A DNA stretch of 64,000 nt from Halarcobacter sp. (GTDB lineage Bacteria > Campylobacterota > Campylobacteria > Campylobacterales > Arcobacteraceae). Shown here piece by piece: positions 10,431 to 30,442 of this stretch; the first letter of the stretch is position 1; each line of letters opens with the position of its first letter. The position numbers and the translations under genes were made by a program. The DNA is taken from assembly GCA_963676565.1 (NCBI GenBank), contig OY781089.1, positions 448,001 to 512,000 of the forward strand, given 5' to 3'. Under the pieces are notes generated by a model that saw only the letters and a program-made list of their open reading frames with translations, had not been told where the DNA came from and searched no databases.

Positions 10431-13306
<2,876 letters not shown>

Positions 13307-13682
13307 AATAAAAGTATCTCTACTTCTACCTTATTTGAGAAATTAACTAATTAAAGTTAATTGCTTTTTTGAATAATTATTCCTTGGCTACTATCTTATT
13401 AAACATATTGCTATATTAAATAAAACAGTTGTGTCTATCATTAATTAGATATTTAATTAAAAATATCTGATTTAGATATGAAATTTTTTATTTTTTAAAT
13501 CATCTTCATACGAAAGATTAATTTAAACGAAAAAAATTAAAGACTTTAACATTAAATTTTTAAATAACATAATCATTTTTCAATGATTGTTTAGATCATA
13601 AGATCTAATATAAATTCAAATTCATTTGAACTTATATTAAATCTATTTATTTGATTTTTACTTTTATAGTTTATTTAATAGA

Positions 13683-13758
13683 TGGTGGAGATAAGCGGGA
13701 TCGAACCGCTGACCTCCTGCGTGCAAGGCAGGCGCTCTCCCAGCTGAGCTATATCCCC
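13683..13758 (-). tRNA. tRNA-Ala(UGC)
   Basis: ggggatatagctcagctgggagagcgcctgccTTGCAcgcagg...tccacca. Confidence 0.97.
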
Positions 13759-13792
13759 ACATATAATCTTATTATCAAAGATTATTTAATAA

Positions 13793-13869
13793 TGGTGGGC
13801 CTACCAGGACTTGAACCTGGGACCTCACGATTATCAGTCGAGCGCTCTAGCCAGCTGAGCTATAGGCCC
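13793..13869 (-). tRNA. tRNA-Ile(GAU)
   Basis: gggcctatagctcagctggctagagcgctcgactGATaatcgtg...ggcccacca. Confidence 0.97.
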
Positions 13870-14038
13870 ATTTGTCACCTATTTTTTAAATAATCTTTAT
13901 AAACCGAACACAATAAACTATCTATTTTTTTTCTCATCTTATTTGCTACATTTGTACGCTTAAAAAATCTACGATTTTCCAAGGTAACTGTCGTGTTGTA
14001 GCTTCTGAGCTAAGAAACGAATCTTAGCTCTTTCTCTG

Positions 14039-15556
<1,518 letters not shown>

Positions 15557-15758
15557 AAAAAGTTTAATCTTGACTTTATTTTAGTAACTCTAAAGTTACA
15601 AAATAAATCTCAATTTGTAAAGCTAAGCTTTATGTTAAATAGACAAGGATATGTTATTACCATATTCTTGTTTCGTGTTTATTTCTCTACATCTTCATGT
15701 AGTAAATAGTTTTATCATATTCGGTTTATAAAGATTATTATCTTAACAAACCTTTTAT

Positions 15759-15769
15759 TGTTAAAGAAC
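15759..15769 (-). promoter_or_regulatory. boxA-like antitermination element in the rrn leader (also 21956..21966)
   Basis: Minus strand GTTCTTTAACA versus consensus GCTCTTTAACA. Confidence 0.6.
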
Positions 15770-15827
15770 GTTTGAATCGATACTCTCAACCTTGTTTCGT
15801 TAAGTGTGTCACTCAAATTGGACGGGA

Positions 15828-15856
15828 ATTATAATAGAATTTTTACCCCTTGTCAA
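15828..15856 (-). promoter_or_regulatory. Sigma70 promoter of rrn copy 1
   Basis: Perfect TTGACA-N17-TATAAT on the minus strand. Confidence 0.9.
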
Positions 15857-16325
15857 GGGTTTTTTATTAATATTCGCTTAAATTTTGAAAGTTTTTAAAG
15901 TATTACTTTATGAAGCATCTTTTCTATAACTTTTTATATTTTCCATATTTAAAATATACCCTTTTTTATACGTAAATAGCTTGTTTAGAGGAATTAAGTA
16001 TAAGACATCTAATAGGAGAGGAGTTGTTAAGTTCAGCGTTAAGATCAAATAGATGGACAGTAATGAGTATATAGAATTAATTTTAATGGATATGAGATAC
16101 ATTAATAACCTTGTTGATGAGAAGAAGGTAGCAAATAGTAAAAACTAATTACGAGAATATAAAAAAGATAAGAAGTAAAAATAAAAAAGATAAAGATTAT
16201 GAGGGGGAAAAGGCTAAAAAAAAAGCTTCACCCAGATCAACTAAAAAAAGTTAACTAGAATGAAGCTTCAGAATTTGTCCCTGAAAAAGATGATAATCTT
16301 TTTTAGTACAAATATATACTCAAGA

Positions 16326-16441
16326 GCTGGCAGCGGCCTACGTTTCCACAAGGGGACCCTGCAGTATTATCAGCGCAGAAGTGCTTGACTTCCAGGTTCG
16401 GAATGGAGCTGGGTATTTCCACTTCGCTAAAACCACCAGCA
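16326..16441 (-). rRNA. rrf: 5S rRNA
   Basis: Same sequence as 10129..10244. Confidence 0.95.
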
Positions 16442-16627
16442 ATATGAGTAAAGAAAGTAATTAGTAATTGGTTACTAGTAATTAGTAACGTTACTCTCTT
16501 TACTCACATTAGGTTCTATGAGTTTTAAAAGTTAAATGTTAAAAGTCTTTGCGTTATTGCTAACGTCTTACACAATTTGTATTAAATGCTATACATTTAA
16601 TAAGATAGTAAACCAAGAAATATATAA

Positions 16628-19503
<2,876 letters not shown>

Positions 19504-19879
19504 AATAAAAGTATCTCTACTTCTACCTTATTTGAGAAATTAACTAATTAAAGTTAATTGCTTTTTTGAATAATTATTCCTTGGCTACTATCTTATTAAA
19601 CATATTGCTATATTAAATAAAACAGTTGTGTCTATCATTAATTAGATATTTAATTAAAAATATCTGATTTAGATATGAAATTTTTTATTTTTTAAATCAT
19701 CTTCATACGAAAGATTAATTTAAACGAAAAAAATTAAAGACTTTAACATTAAATTTTTAAATAACATAATCATTTTTCAATGATTGTTTAGATCATAAGA
19801 TCTAATATAAATTCAAATTCATTTGAACTTATATTAAATCTATTTATTTGATTTTTACTTTTATAGTTTATTTAATAGA

Positions 19880-19955
19880 TGGTGGAGATAAGCGGGATCG
19901 AACCGCTGACCTCCTGCGTGCAAGGCAGGCGCTCTCCCAGCTGAGCTATATCCCC
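19880..19955 (-). tRNA. tRNA-Ala(UGC)
   Basis: Same as 13683..13758. Confidence 0.97.
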
Positions 19956-19989
19956 ACATATAATCTTATTATCAAAGATTATTTAATAA

Positions 19990-20066
19990 TGGTGGGCCTA
20001 CCAGGACTTGAACCTGGGACCTCACGATTATCAGTCGAGCGCTCTAGCCAGCTGAGCTATAGGCCC
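19990..20066 (-). tRNA. tRNA-Ile(GAU)
   Basis: Same as 13793..13869. Confidence 0.97.
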
Positions 20067-20235
20067 ATTTGTCACCTATTTTTTAAATAATCTTTATAAA
20101 CCGAACACAATAAACTATCTATTTTTTTTCTCATCTTATTTGCTACATTTGTACGCTTAAAAAATCTACGATTTTCCAAGGTAACTGTCGTGTTGTAGCT
20201 TCTGAGCTAAGAAACGAATCTTAGCTCTTTCTCTG

Positions 20236-21753
<1,518 letters not shown>

Positions 21754-22024
21754 AAAAAGTTTAATCTTGACTTTATTTTAGTAACTCTAAAGTTACAAAA
21801 TAAATCTCAATTTGTAAAGCTAAGCTTTATGTTAAATAGACAAGGATATGTTATTACCATATTCTTGTTTCGTGTTTATTTCTCTACATCTTCATGTAGT
21901 AAATAGTTTTATCATATTCGGTTTATAAAGATTATTATCTTAACAAACCTTTTATTGTTAAAGAACGTTTGAATCGATACTCTCAACCTTGTTTCGTTAA
22001 GTGTGTCACTCAAATTGGACGGGA

Positions 22025-22053
22025 ATTATAATAGAATTTTTACCCCTTGTCAA
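22025..22053 (-). promoter_or_regulatory. Sigma70 promoter of rrn copy 2
   Basis: TTGACA-N17-TATAAT on the minus strand. Confidence 0.9.
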
Positions 22054-22235
22054 GGGTTTTTTATTAATATTCGCTTAAATTTTGAAAGTTTTTAATTTGC
22101 CCTATTTTTAGCTATTTCTAATTTTTAACAATATTAATATATATAACTATATTTATAAAATGAATATAACTTCATTTGTTAAAGGATTTATTAAGACTAA
22201 CATATTAAAATGTCAAAAAATTAGAAAGGAATACA

Positions 22236-22931
22236 ATGTATAACAGAGATTATCTTACACAAGACACATCTCAATACAGCTCTAATGTAGATTCATCAAG
22301 AGCACAGTTAATGAGCTTTTTAAAAGCAACTTATCAGCTATTTGCTGGTTCTTTACTTGCTGCAACAGCAGGTGCTTATATCGGATTAGATATGGTGTCT
22401 ACAATCGCAAGCTGGTATTGGGGGTTAGTAATACTTGAATTTATTCTTTTATTTGCACTTTTTGCAGTAAAAAATAAACCAGGTATAAATTTAGCGGTAT
22501 TATTTGGATTTACTTTTATGAGTGGTTTAACAATTACACCATTATTAAGTAATATTCTTATGATGCCTTCAGGTGCTTCAATTGTAGCTCAAGCATTTTT
22601 AATGACTTCTGTTGCATTTGGTGGTATTTCAATGTTTGCAATGACAACAAAAAAAGATTTCTCAAGTATGGGGAAAATGCTATTTATTGCATTAATTATC
22701 TTAATTGTTGGTTCTATTTCAAACATTTTCTTTCAATCTCCACTTTTACAGTTAGGTATTGCGGGAGTTGGTGCATTATTATTCTCTGCATTTATTCTTT
22801 ATGATACACAACAAATTATTAGAGGTGGATTTGAAACACCAATTGAAGCGGCTATTGCTTTATATTTAGATTTCTTTAATCTATTTGTATCTTTATTACA
22901 AATTTTCGGAATCTTAAATAGCGACGAATAA
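22236..22931 (+). CDS. Bax inhibitor-1/YccA family membrane protein
   Basis: About 7 TM helices; FILYDTQ and AAIALYLDFFNLF motifs. Confidence 0.92.
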   Translation: MYNRDYLTQDTSQYSSNVDSSRAQLMSFLKATYQLFAGSLLAATAGAYIGLDMVSTIASWYWGLVILEFILLFALFAVKNKPGINLAVLFGFTFMSGLTITPLLSNILMMPSGASIVAQAFLMTSVAFGGISMFAMTTKKDFSSMGKMLFIALIILIVGSISNIFFQSPLLQLGIAGVGALLFSAFILYDTQQIIRGGFETPIEAAIALYLDFFNLFVSLLQIFGILNSDE

Positions 22932-22939
22932 CAAATATA

Positions 22940-22968
22940 AATAGCTTCGATTTTCGAAGCTATTTTAT
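22940..22968 (+). terminator. Terminator after the YccA-family gene
   Basis: aatagcttcga-ttt-tcgaagctatt hairpin plus T-run. Confidence 0.7.
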
Positions 22969-22983
22969 TCTACAATACTTTCT

Positions 22984-23391
22984 ATGGAAGAAAAAAACAA
23001 TCTAAGACTTATTGATGCTAATTTAAATCGCCTTCGTGAAGGTATACGTGTTGTTGAGGATATCTTTAGATATATCTATAATAACAAAGAAACAGCCCTT
23101 AAACTAAAAGAGTTAAGACACAAAGCAAGAACCTCAAACTATAATGAACTTTTAGAAACAAGAGATGTACAAAATGATGTTTTAAGAGCTTCAATAAAAA
23201 GTGAACAAAATCGTGATGATTTAACTTCCATATTAATTGCTAATTTCAAAAGAGCCCAAGAGAGTGCAAGGGTACTTGAAGAATTTTGTAAACTAATTTC
23301 AATAAAAGATAGTGAAAATTTTAAATATATAAGATATGAACTTTATATTTTAGAAACAGTTTTAACAAATATAACTTCAAACTCTAAATAA
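22984..23391 (+). CDS. Stand-alone ThiE N-terminal (ThiD2-like) domain protein
   Basis: RLIDANLNRLREGIRVVED and ANFKRAQESARVLEE motifs. Confidence 0.8.
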   Translation: MEEKNNLRLIDANLNRLREGIRVVEDIFRYIYNNKETALKLKELRHKARTSNYNELLETRDVQNDVLRASIKSEQNRDDLTSILIANFKRAQESARVLEEFCKLISIKDSENFKYIRYELYILETVLTNITSNSK

Positions 23392-24047
23392 TTTAAAGCA
23401 TATTCTTTATAAAGTTTTTTGGCCATTTTAAAATCTAAATTTGAAGAGCCACCACTAACACCTGACTTTTTAATATAATCAAATAGATCTTTTTTATTAT
23501 CAAACTCAATATTATAGTTATGCACTTCAAACTCACAATCAAAACTATTTAAAAATGCTTCTTTTATTTTCTCAACTGATAAAATTGGAGAAGCTGTTTT
23601 TGTAATCTCTTGAATTGTTTTAAAAGTATTAGAAGTAAATAATACAGCATTTATTTCATTTGAGGAAAGGCTAAGTTTTTTTACAAGCTTTTTTAAATCT
23701 TTTGACCATTGCATTGCAGAAGAGGATAAAATTATATCAAATTCTTTATCTTTCAAAAAAGTTTCAAATTCACTTGAATCAAAATCAAAACAATTTATTT
23801 CTATATTTTCACCCCTTGGATGAAGTTCACACATAGAAGGTGAAAAATCAATAGCATCATATTTTTCAATTTCCCAATTGATATATTTATAGACTTGTCC
23901 TGAACCACAACCAATTTCTAAGATTTTTTTTGGTTTTGATTTTATATCACGAACTAGGGCTTTTGCAGCTATTTGTTGGATTATATTGAAATTATTATAC
24001 TCTTTTGCGTATTTAGAAAACTCGTTTTTTACAGACATAAAGAGCAT
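23343..24047 (-). CDS. SAM-dependent methyltransferase, BioC-like
   Basis: FSKYAKEY...IQ, ILEIGCGSG, SSSAMQW. Confidence 0.8.
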   Translation of the reverse strand: MLFMSVKNEFSKYAKEYNNFNIIQQIAAKALVRDIKSKPKKILEIGCGSGQVYKYINWEIEKYDAIDFSPSMCELHPRGENIEINCFDFDSSEFETFLKDKEFDIILSSSAMQWSKDLKKLVKKLSLSSNEINAVLFTSNTFKTIQEITKTASPILSVEKIKEAFLNSFDCEFEVHNYNIEFDNKKDLFDYIKKSGVSGGSSNLDFKMAKKLYKEYALNYLEFEVIFVKTVSKI

Positions 24048-24109
24048 TTTAACCTTTTTTTAATAAAATTTTAGTAAAATACAATCCATTTTTTTAAAGG
24101 AAACTTAAT

Positions 24110-24466
24110 ATGACATCAACACTATTGATAATTCAGTTCATTTTAGCAGTTGCAATTACTATTTCAATCTTATTACAAAAGAGTTCAAGTATTGGACTTG
24201 GAGCATATAGCGGAAGTAATGATTCATTATTTGGAGCAAAAGGGCCAGCAAACTTTTTAAGTAAAGCAACAATGTTTTTAGGACTTTTATTTGTTATTAA
24301 TACAGTAACTTTAGGTTACTTATATAATCAAGAAAAACTTGAAAGTGCCGTTGATAGTGTTAAAACTGATACTTTAATTCCTACTACTCCAGTACAACAA
24401 ACTGCTCCTGCAGCACCAGTTGCACCTGCTGCGCCAGTAGTACCAGCACAACCAAAAAACAACTAA
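24110..24466 (+). CDS. secG: Preprotein translocase subunit SecG
   Basis: ILLQKSSSIGLGAYSG...LFGAKG; two TM helices; Pro/Ala-rich tail. Confidence 0.95.
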   Translation: MTSTLLIIQFILAVAITISILLQKSSSIGLGAYSGSNDSLFGAKGPANFLSKATMFLGLLFVINTVTLGYLYNQEKLESAVDSVKTDTLIPTTPVQQTAPAAPVAPAAPVVPAQPKNN

Positions 24467-24610
24467 TAGACTATATAAAATATGATATGCCAATAAGGCA
24501 TATCATCATAAAAACTCCTAAAATTCTTTATATAAAACTTATCATATGTTTAAAATGGTATAATCTTGTTCGATTTTTAAAAGCAATACAAAAAACAAAG
24601 GAGAGTATAA

Positions 24611-25168
24611 ATGTTAAATGAAATATATTCAGAAACAAAAGATCATATGGAAAAATCTCTTGAAGCATTAAAAAGAGATTATAAAACACTTAGAACAGGA
24701 AAAGTAAATGTTACTGTACTAGATAGTGTTAAAATTGATTATTATGGAACACCAACTCCATTAAACCAAGTAGGTTCAGTTACAGCAACTGATGCAACAA
24801 CAATTGTTGTTAATCCTTGGGAAAAAAACCTTTTAACTGATGTTGAGCATGCAATCAATGCAGCTAATATTGGGGTTAATCCAAATAATGATGGTGATGT
24901 AATAAAACTATTCTTCCCACCAATGACAGTTGAACAAAGAAAAGAGAGTGCTAAACAAGCTAAGGGTATGACTGATAATGCAAAAGTAGCAATCAGAAAT
25001 GTTAGAAAACATGCAAATGATCAAGTTAAAAATCTTCACAAAGATAAAGAGATTACTGATGATGAAAATAAAAAAGCTTTAGATGAAATTCAAAAAATAA
25101 CTGATTCTTACGTTGCAAAAGCTGATGCAATTTTAAAAGATAAAGAACAAGAAATTTTAACGGTTTAA
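24611..25168 (+). CDS. frr: Ribosome recycling factor
   Basis: [24 protein letters not shown]. Confidence 0.97.
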   Translation: MLNEIYSETKDHMEKSLEALKRDYKTLRTGKVNVTVLDSVKIDYYGTPTPLNQVGSVTATDATTIVVNPWEKNLLTDVEHAINAANIGVNPNNDGDVIKLFFPPMTVEQRKESAKQAKGMTDNAKVAIRNVRKHANDQVKNLHKDKEITDDENKKALDEIQKITDSYVAKADAILKDKEQEILTV

Positions 25169-25170
25169 TT

Positions 25171-25770
25171 ATGAACGTAGAACAAATTTACAAAGATGCG
25201 CAAGCTTTATTAGAGGGTCACTTTAAACTAAGTTCAGGGAATTATTCTAAATTCTATTTACAATCAGCAAAGGTTTTAGAAGACCCAAAAACTGCAAAAC
25301 TTTTAGCAGAAGCTTTAGCAGAACAAATCAAAGAATCTGGAATAAAAGTAGATGCAATATGTTCTCCAGCACTTGGTGGTCTTATTGCAGGATTTGCACT
25401 TGCAACAGCACTTGATGTAAGATTTATTTTTGCAGAAAGAGTTGATGGTGAAATGACAATCAGAAGAGGCTTTGAAGTTAAAGAAAATGAAAACTACATA
25501 ATTTGTGAAGATATCATTACAACTGGTGGTTCAGCATTAGAAGCTGCAAAGCAAGTTGAAAATGCTGGTGGAAATATTGTTGCTTATGCAGCTTTAGCAA
25601 ATAGAGGATTTTGTTCTAGAGTAGGAAGTGATTTACAAGCACAAGATAATTGTAAACTTCCTTTAGATAAACCACTTTTTGCCCTAGAAGATTTTACATT
25701 TAAAATGTATTCTCCTGAGGAATGTGATTTTAAAGATATTGCTTATAAACCTGGTAGTAGAGGAAATTAA
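25171..25770 (+). CDS. pyrE: Orotate phosphoribosyltransferase
   Basis: GHFKLSSG and PRPP motif [11 protein letters not shown]. Confidence 0.95.
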   Translation: MNVEQIYKDAQALLEGHFKLSSGNYSKFYLQSAKVLEDPKTAKLLAEALAEQIKESGIKVDAICSPALGGLIAGFALATALDVRFIFAERVDGEMTIRRGFEVKENENYIICEDIITTGGSALEAAKQVENAGGNIVAYAALANRGFCSRVGSDLQAQDNCKLPLDKPLFALEDFTFKMYSPEECDFKDIAYKPGSRGN

Positions 25771-25778
25771 GTTTTACT

Positions 25779-26255
25779 ATGAGTAGATGGAGAGATGTTA
25801 AACAAGGAAATACAAAAGAGGAATCTACACAAGTAGAGGATACTGATTGTTTAACATCAGCTCCAATTGGAAATAGAATTAAAGCATTTATTGTTGACAT
25901 GTTTATGATAATGATGCCAATAATGTATGTAACTACTTATTTAATTATGAATGGGAAAGATGATTTTCAAGGTAGTGAAGAAGCTAGATGGCTAACAGCA
26001 CTTACCTATGGACTTATTGTTGTTCTATTTTGGATAATAAAAGGTCAAACGCCAGGATATAAAGCCTACTCTGTTACCCTTGTAGATAATGAAACAAAAA
26101 ATAAAATCTCTTTACCAAAAGCAATTCTAAGGTATTTGATATTTATATTCTCAGCAACAACTGTACTACTTGCATTTTTACCTTTTTTTAGGAAAGACAA
26201 AAAAACCATACAAGACTTATTAACAAAAACCACTGTTATCTCAGAAAAAAAATAA
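25779..26255 (+). CDS. RDD family membrane protein
   Basis: RIKAFIVD, GQTPG, IQDLLTKT. Confidence 0.88.
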   Translation: MSRWRDVKQGNTKEESTQVEDTDCLTSAPIGNRIKAFIVDMFMIMMPIMYVTTYLIMNGKDDFQGSEEARWLTALTYGLIVVLFWIIKGQTPGYKAYSVTLVDNETKNKISLPKAILRYLIFIFSATTVLLAFLPFFRKDKKTIQDLLTKTTVISEKK

Positions 26256-27349
26256 TGCTTTTTTTTAAATTATCAGCATTTTATTTCTTTTATTTTGCTG
26301 CGGTTGGTGTTTATGTAATTTTTCTACCAAAAGTATTACACGATTTAGATTACACTGCATTACAAATTGGAATTGTATTTGCCTTAGCTCCATTAATGAG
26401 ATTTTTAACACCTTTTTTATTTTTAAAACATATAAAGTTAAATCAATTTGTTTTTAAAACAGCACTATTTTTATCTATTTTTTGTTCTATTTGTTTTTAT
26501 TTAACAATAGAAAACTTTTATTTATTTATGGTAAATAATGCAATACTAGGTGCTTCTTTATCTTTGATATTACCTTATTTGGAAGTAAATGCTGTAAAAA
26601 TATTAGGTAAAGATAGATATGGAAAATCAAGACTTTTTGGTTCAATTGGGTTTACTGTAATCTCACTACTTTTGGGACAATTTTTAACTAATCCATATAT
26701 AGCAATTCATTACTATTTAGCAGTTAATATTTTAACAGTTATATTCGCACTTTTACTTTTAAAATATGATGATGTAAATCATGATGAAAGTATAACAGAT
26801 GAACCATTTTCATTTTTTAAGTATTGGCCATTTTGGGTTAGTTTATTTTTTATGCAACTAAGCTTTGGAGGCTTTTATAACTTTTTTACAATATATGAAA
26901 CAGAACATGGGATAAGTCTACAAATGACCTCTTATCTTTGGTCTTTTGGTGTTTTGTGTGAAATAATACTACTTTATTTTCAAGCCCCTCTACTAAAAAG
27001 AAATCTTTTAAACATAATAAAATTTTCAATTGCTATTACCATAATTAGATGGTTTTTATTATTTGCTTATCCGGATAATTTAGCCTTAACCTTTTTTACA
27101 CAAAGCATCCATGCCTTTTCTTTTGGTCTTTACCATAGTGCAGTTATAATATATTTGTACTCTTTATATTCAAATAAAAAACTAGCCCAACAATTTATGT
27201 ATGGAGTAGCTTATGGTCTAGGAGGCTTTTTAGGAGCTTTAGTAGCTGGATGGTTATATGGGGAGTATTTATTCTTATATAGTTCTATATTTTCAGCCTT
27301 TGCCTTAGCTTTTTTATTCAATAAACGCTTACCCCATAAAGATATTTAA
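26255..27349 (+). CDS. MFS transporter (MFS_1_like)
   Basis: YFFYFAAVG, YGKSRLFGSIGF; ~12 TM helices. Confidence 0.85.
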   Translation: MLFFKLSAFYFFYFAAVGVYVIFLPKVLHDLDYTALQIGIVFALAPLMRFLTPFLFLKHIKLNQFVFKTALFLSIFCSICFYLTIENFYLFMVNNAILGASLSLILPYLEVNAVKILGKDRYGKSRLFGSIGFTVISLLLGQFLTNPYIAIHYYLAVNILTVIFALLLLKYDDVNHDESITDEPFSFFKYWPFWVSLFFMQLSFGGFYNFFTIYETEHGISLQMTSYLWSFGVLCEIILLYFQAPLLKRNLLNIIKFSIAITIIRWFLLFAYPDNLALTFFTQSIHAFSFGLYHSAVIIYLYSLYSNKKLAQQFMYGVAYGLGGFLGALVAGWLYGEYLFLYSSIFSAFALAFLFNKRLPHKDI

Positions 27350-28083
27350 ACAATATCCATAATTAGTGTTTTAATATTTTTCTTTTCTTGTATCTCATTT
27401 AGTTTTAGACCTGGTATTTGCATATTCATAAATTCACTATGATTTTTAATTTTATTTTTTGCAATCTCTTGTAAAACTTTTCCTCTATAAAACTTAGCCC
27501 AATGGGAAACAACTTTTCCATCTTTTATAAATTTAAATGTCAAAACATTAGCTTTTTTAGCTTTATAAAATTTTTCATAAAAGCCTGCTCTTAAATCTAT
27601 AAGTTCATCTTCTATAAAATTATCTAAAGTATCAGTAAAATTATCTAAATAAAATTTTTCTACGTTAATACTTGGAAGCTTTGCTCCTTGTTTATATTTA
27701 TAATCAGGAATTAAATCTTTTGCTAAAATTGGACCAAAAAGATTTGAAAATAAAACAACATTCTCATCAATATATTTTTGTTCATCATCTTTTAAATTGA
27801 TATAATCAAGGGCATCAAAGGCAACTCCATTGTATCTATTTATTGCCTTCATAGTAGGTTTGTTAAGTAAACTCTCTTTATATTTTTCCACATCTTTAAG
27901 GTTTTTTAATCCAAACCATTTTGATAACTCTTCAATTGTAAAGTTTTTTAATAAATCTTCATATATATTTATAATCTCTTCTCTTTTTGAGAAAAGTTCT
28001 GGGAAAGAAAAATTTTCTTTTGAGAAAGATGGAGATTCCCCTCCACTATTCTTTGTCTCTGCAGGTGCCAATAAAATTTTCAT
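27346..28083 (-). CDS. YaaA (DUF328) family protein
   Basis: MKILLAPAETK, AINRYNGVAF, VVSHWAKFYRG. Confidence 0.88.
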   Translation of the reverse strand: MKILLAPAETKNSGGESPSFSKENFSFPELFSKREEIINIYEDLLKNFTIEELSKWFGLKNLKDVEKYKESLLNKPTMKAINRYNGVAFDALDYINLKDDEQKYIDENVVLFSNLFGPILAKDLIPDYKYKQGAKLPSINVEKFYLDNFTDTLDNFIEDELIDLRAGFYEKFYKAKKANVLTFKFIKDGKVVSHWAKFYRGKVLQEIAKNKIKNHSEFMNMQIPGLKLNEIQEKKNIKTLIMDIV

Positions 28084-28145
28084 AATAACTCTTTTTAATA
28101 AAATAAATAAGAGTTTATCGAAATTTTTATTTAAGATGTTTTATT

Positions 28146-28559
28146 TTAACCTATAAACTTTCCACTATGATAAAGCCATTTCCCATTAACTTTTACAAAT
28201 TTACTTTTTTCAACAAAAGATGCATCAATTGCTCCTTGTGAAATAGTAGCTTTAAATGTAACATAGGCTTCATTCTCACCATCTATAAAGTCATAGATTT
28301 CTAAGCCTTCAAAGCTTGTATGATCAAAATAATCATGTAGTGTTTCTTCCCAAGTTTTAATATCAGAAGAGTAATCTGGGTTTTCCCTGTGTGTAGTTTC
28401 CATTAAATAACTTGCATTATTTGCAGCATATGCACTATATCTTGATTTCATAAGTTCTAATGCATTTTTTGCAGAATCACCTTCATGAAATACTTTACAA
28501 CATTTTTTAAACTTTTTTAAACTTCCACATGGACAAAAAGAGTTACCTGATATCTTCAT
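28146..28559 (-). CDS. YchJ family SEC-C protein
   Basis: CPCGS..KFKKCC, ELMKSRYSAY, EKSKF...WLY. Confidence 0.9.
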   Translation of the reverse strand: MKISGNSFCPCGSLKKFKKCCKVFHEGDSAKNALELMKSRYSAYAANNASYLMETTHRENPDYSSDIKTWEETLHDYFDHTSFEGLEIYDFIDGENEAYVTFKATISQGAIDASFVEKSKFVKVNGKWLYHSGKFIG

Positions 28560-28654
28560 ATTAAATCCTAATTTTAAGGTTAAAAATATTTTATCAAAAA
28601 ATTGAAAAATTTGGAAGTGAAAATAATATAAATTATAATCACTTCTAATTCGTA

Positions 28655-28897
28655 CTATTGTTTAACCTTAATCTCATTTTTTATATTTAAGATTAATTTT
28701 GGTCCAAAACCTTTTAATTTTGATAACTCATCTGCTGTCTCAATTTTTTTACTTTTTCTAAAAGTAATTATTTGCTCCGCTTTTTTTTCACCTATTCCTT
28801 TTATAGACATAAGTTCATCTTTTGTTGCAGTATTTAAATTTAATGCAGCAAACATAAACGATACCCCAATTAGTAATAAAACTAAAATCTTTTTCAT
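28655..28897 (-). CDS. ComEA-family helix-hairpin-helix DNA-binding protein
   Basis: Signal peptide; LNLNTATKDEL..IKGIGEKKA...LKGFG. Confidence 0.9.
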   Translation of the reverse strand: MKKILVLLLIGVSFMFAALNLNTATKDELMSIKGIGEKKAEQIITFRKSKKIETADELSKLKGFGPKLILNIKNEIKVKQ

Positions 28898-29045
28898 TTC
28901 AACTCCTTAAATAAAATATTTTATATTATCTATAATAACTTTAAAGTTTATTTATAATTAATATGATTACTTTTATTTTACAAAATATTATATGTATCTA
29001 ATCTCAATTATAATAAAATAATCCAAATCAATTTGAGGGAAGAAT

Positions 29046-29447
29046 ATGGATTTTCAGATTCCATTGGAATTAATAAGTAATTTAATCTCTGTAGCTATAC
29101 TAGCAGTACTATTATATAAATATCTTCAATATAAGAAGAAGCTTGAAGTATTAAAAGGCTTAGATGTACTAAAACAGCAGAAGAAATTAACTTTAGAAGA
29201 TAAAGAGTTTATAAAAAAGAATTTAAAGGATTATAGACTTGCTTTTGAGACTGATGAAGAAAGGATAAAACTTTCATATCCAATATTTATTTTAATTGCA
29301 GGTATTTTATTTACTTTTCTTTCTTTTCAAGAAGCAATGATTCATTTAAATTTAGTTGTTGTTGCCTATATATATTTACATATTAGTAAATTACACAATA
29401 GAAATTTTTTAAATTTCTTAAAAGAGTTAAGCAATAATATTGATTGA
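29046..29447 (+). CDS. Hypothetical membrane protein
   Basis: GAGG RBS; about 3 hydrophobic segments. Confidence 0.7.
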   Translation: MDFQIPLELISNLISVAILAVLLYKYLQYKKKLEVLKGLDVLKQQKKLTLEDKEFIKKNLKDYRLAFETDEERIKLSYPIFILIAGILFTFLSFQEAMIHLNLVVVAYIYLHISKLHNRNFLNFLKELSNNID

Positions 29448-29464
29448 TCCCAATAGGAGAAAAG

Positions 29465-29995
29465 ATGTTTAGTAATTTTTTAGGTAAAAAAAATCTTAAA
29501 GAAGCGAAACAAGTAGACTCACAAAAAATAGACAAAGTAATAGATATAAAAGAAGAAGAGTCTAAGAAAAAAGAAAATGAACCAATGGTTATTAAAACTA
29601 ATCCCGAAGAAGACTTTGAGAAAAGGCAATGTATTGATATGGGTTTAGATATTAAAGAGAATGTAAAAAAAGCAAGCCATGCTTTTTTTAATAGTAAGAA
29701 TAACCAAAAAGCTGATGCTTATTTAATGTTTGAAGAATATCTAACTACCCTTTCAACTGAAAGAACTAGAGAACTTCAAAAAATGAAATACTTAGATTTT
29801 ATAGAACAAGAAGAAAAAATCTTTACTATGCTTAAAAACGGTTTTGCACAATCTATTTCAAAGGGTGCATCACTTGATGAGAATACTAGAAAAATTATTG
29901 ATTTTATATTCGGAGATATTAAAAAATTTCCATCAAAAGGCCATAGATATTGGTATTACAAAATCTATATTTGGCAAAAAAGAGAAATTGATTAG
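29465..29995 (+). CDS. Hypothetical protein
   Basis: AGGAG RBS before ATG 29465; long ORF with no recognised motif. Confidence 0.65.
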   Translation: MFSNFLGKKNLKEAKQVDSQKIDKVIDIKEEESKKKENEPMVIKTNPEEDFEKRQCIDMGLDIKENVKKASHAFFNSKNNQKADAYLMFEEYLTTLSTERTRELQKMKYLDFIEQEEKIFTMLKNGFAQSISKGASLDENTRKIIDFIFGDIKKFPSKGHRYWYYKIYIWQKREID

Positions 29996-30393
29996 AAAAA
30001 CTCTTCTAATCTTTTTCCACAATCGTTATTATAAACTTCAAAATCACATTTATATAAATCATTTGATTTTAAAAAATCTATACAATCATATATAGTTTGT
30101 TGAGTATCTTTACAATACACATAAAACTGCATTAAACCTTCACAAATATCAACAGCAAGAAGTGCTAACTTATTTTCCTCTTCTAAACTTTCTAAATGAT
30201 TATTCTCAAAAGCAGTAAAAAAAGCTAAACAAGCTGGATCTGGAAACATAATATCATCAGCCACATGAAAATTATGTTTTAACAATACTAAATGAGGGAA
30301 CTCTTCCATTGTTTGAGGTAGATCTATATCATCTCTTATTCTTAACATCTGGTTAATATTACCAGTGTTTTCTAAATACCATTTTTCTTCCAT
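29992..30393 (-). CDS. DUF695-like protein
   Basis: Acidic 133-aa protein with FPHLV...H...FP and terminal FYVY pattern resembling DUF695. Confidence 0.5.
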   Translation of the reverse strand: MEEKWYLENTGNINQMLRIRDDIDLPQTMEEFPHLVLLKHNFHVADDIMFPDPACLAFFTAFENNHLESLEEENKLALLAVDICEGLMQFYVYCKDTQQTIYDCIDFLKSNDLYKCDFEVYNNDCGKRLEEFF

Positions 30394-30442
30394 AAATCAA
30401 CCTTGAATATAGGTATTCATCAAAGATGAATACCCTTTATAA

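Noticed and set aside
15908..16102. 64-aa ORF in the inter-rrn spacer
   Set aside because: No convincing RBS or recognisable motif; low-complexity sequence
24400..24452. Repetitive gcacca/gctcct tract
   Set aside because: Pro/Ala-rich SecG tail, not a DNA repeat element
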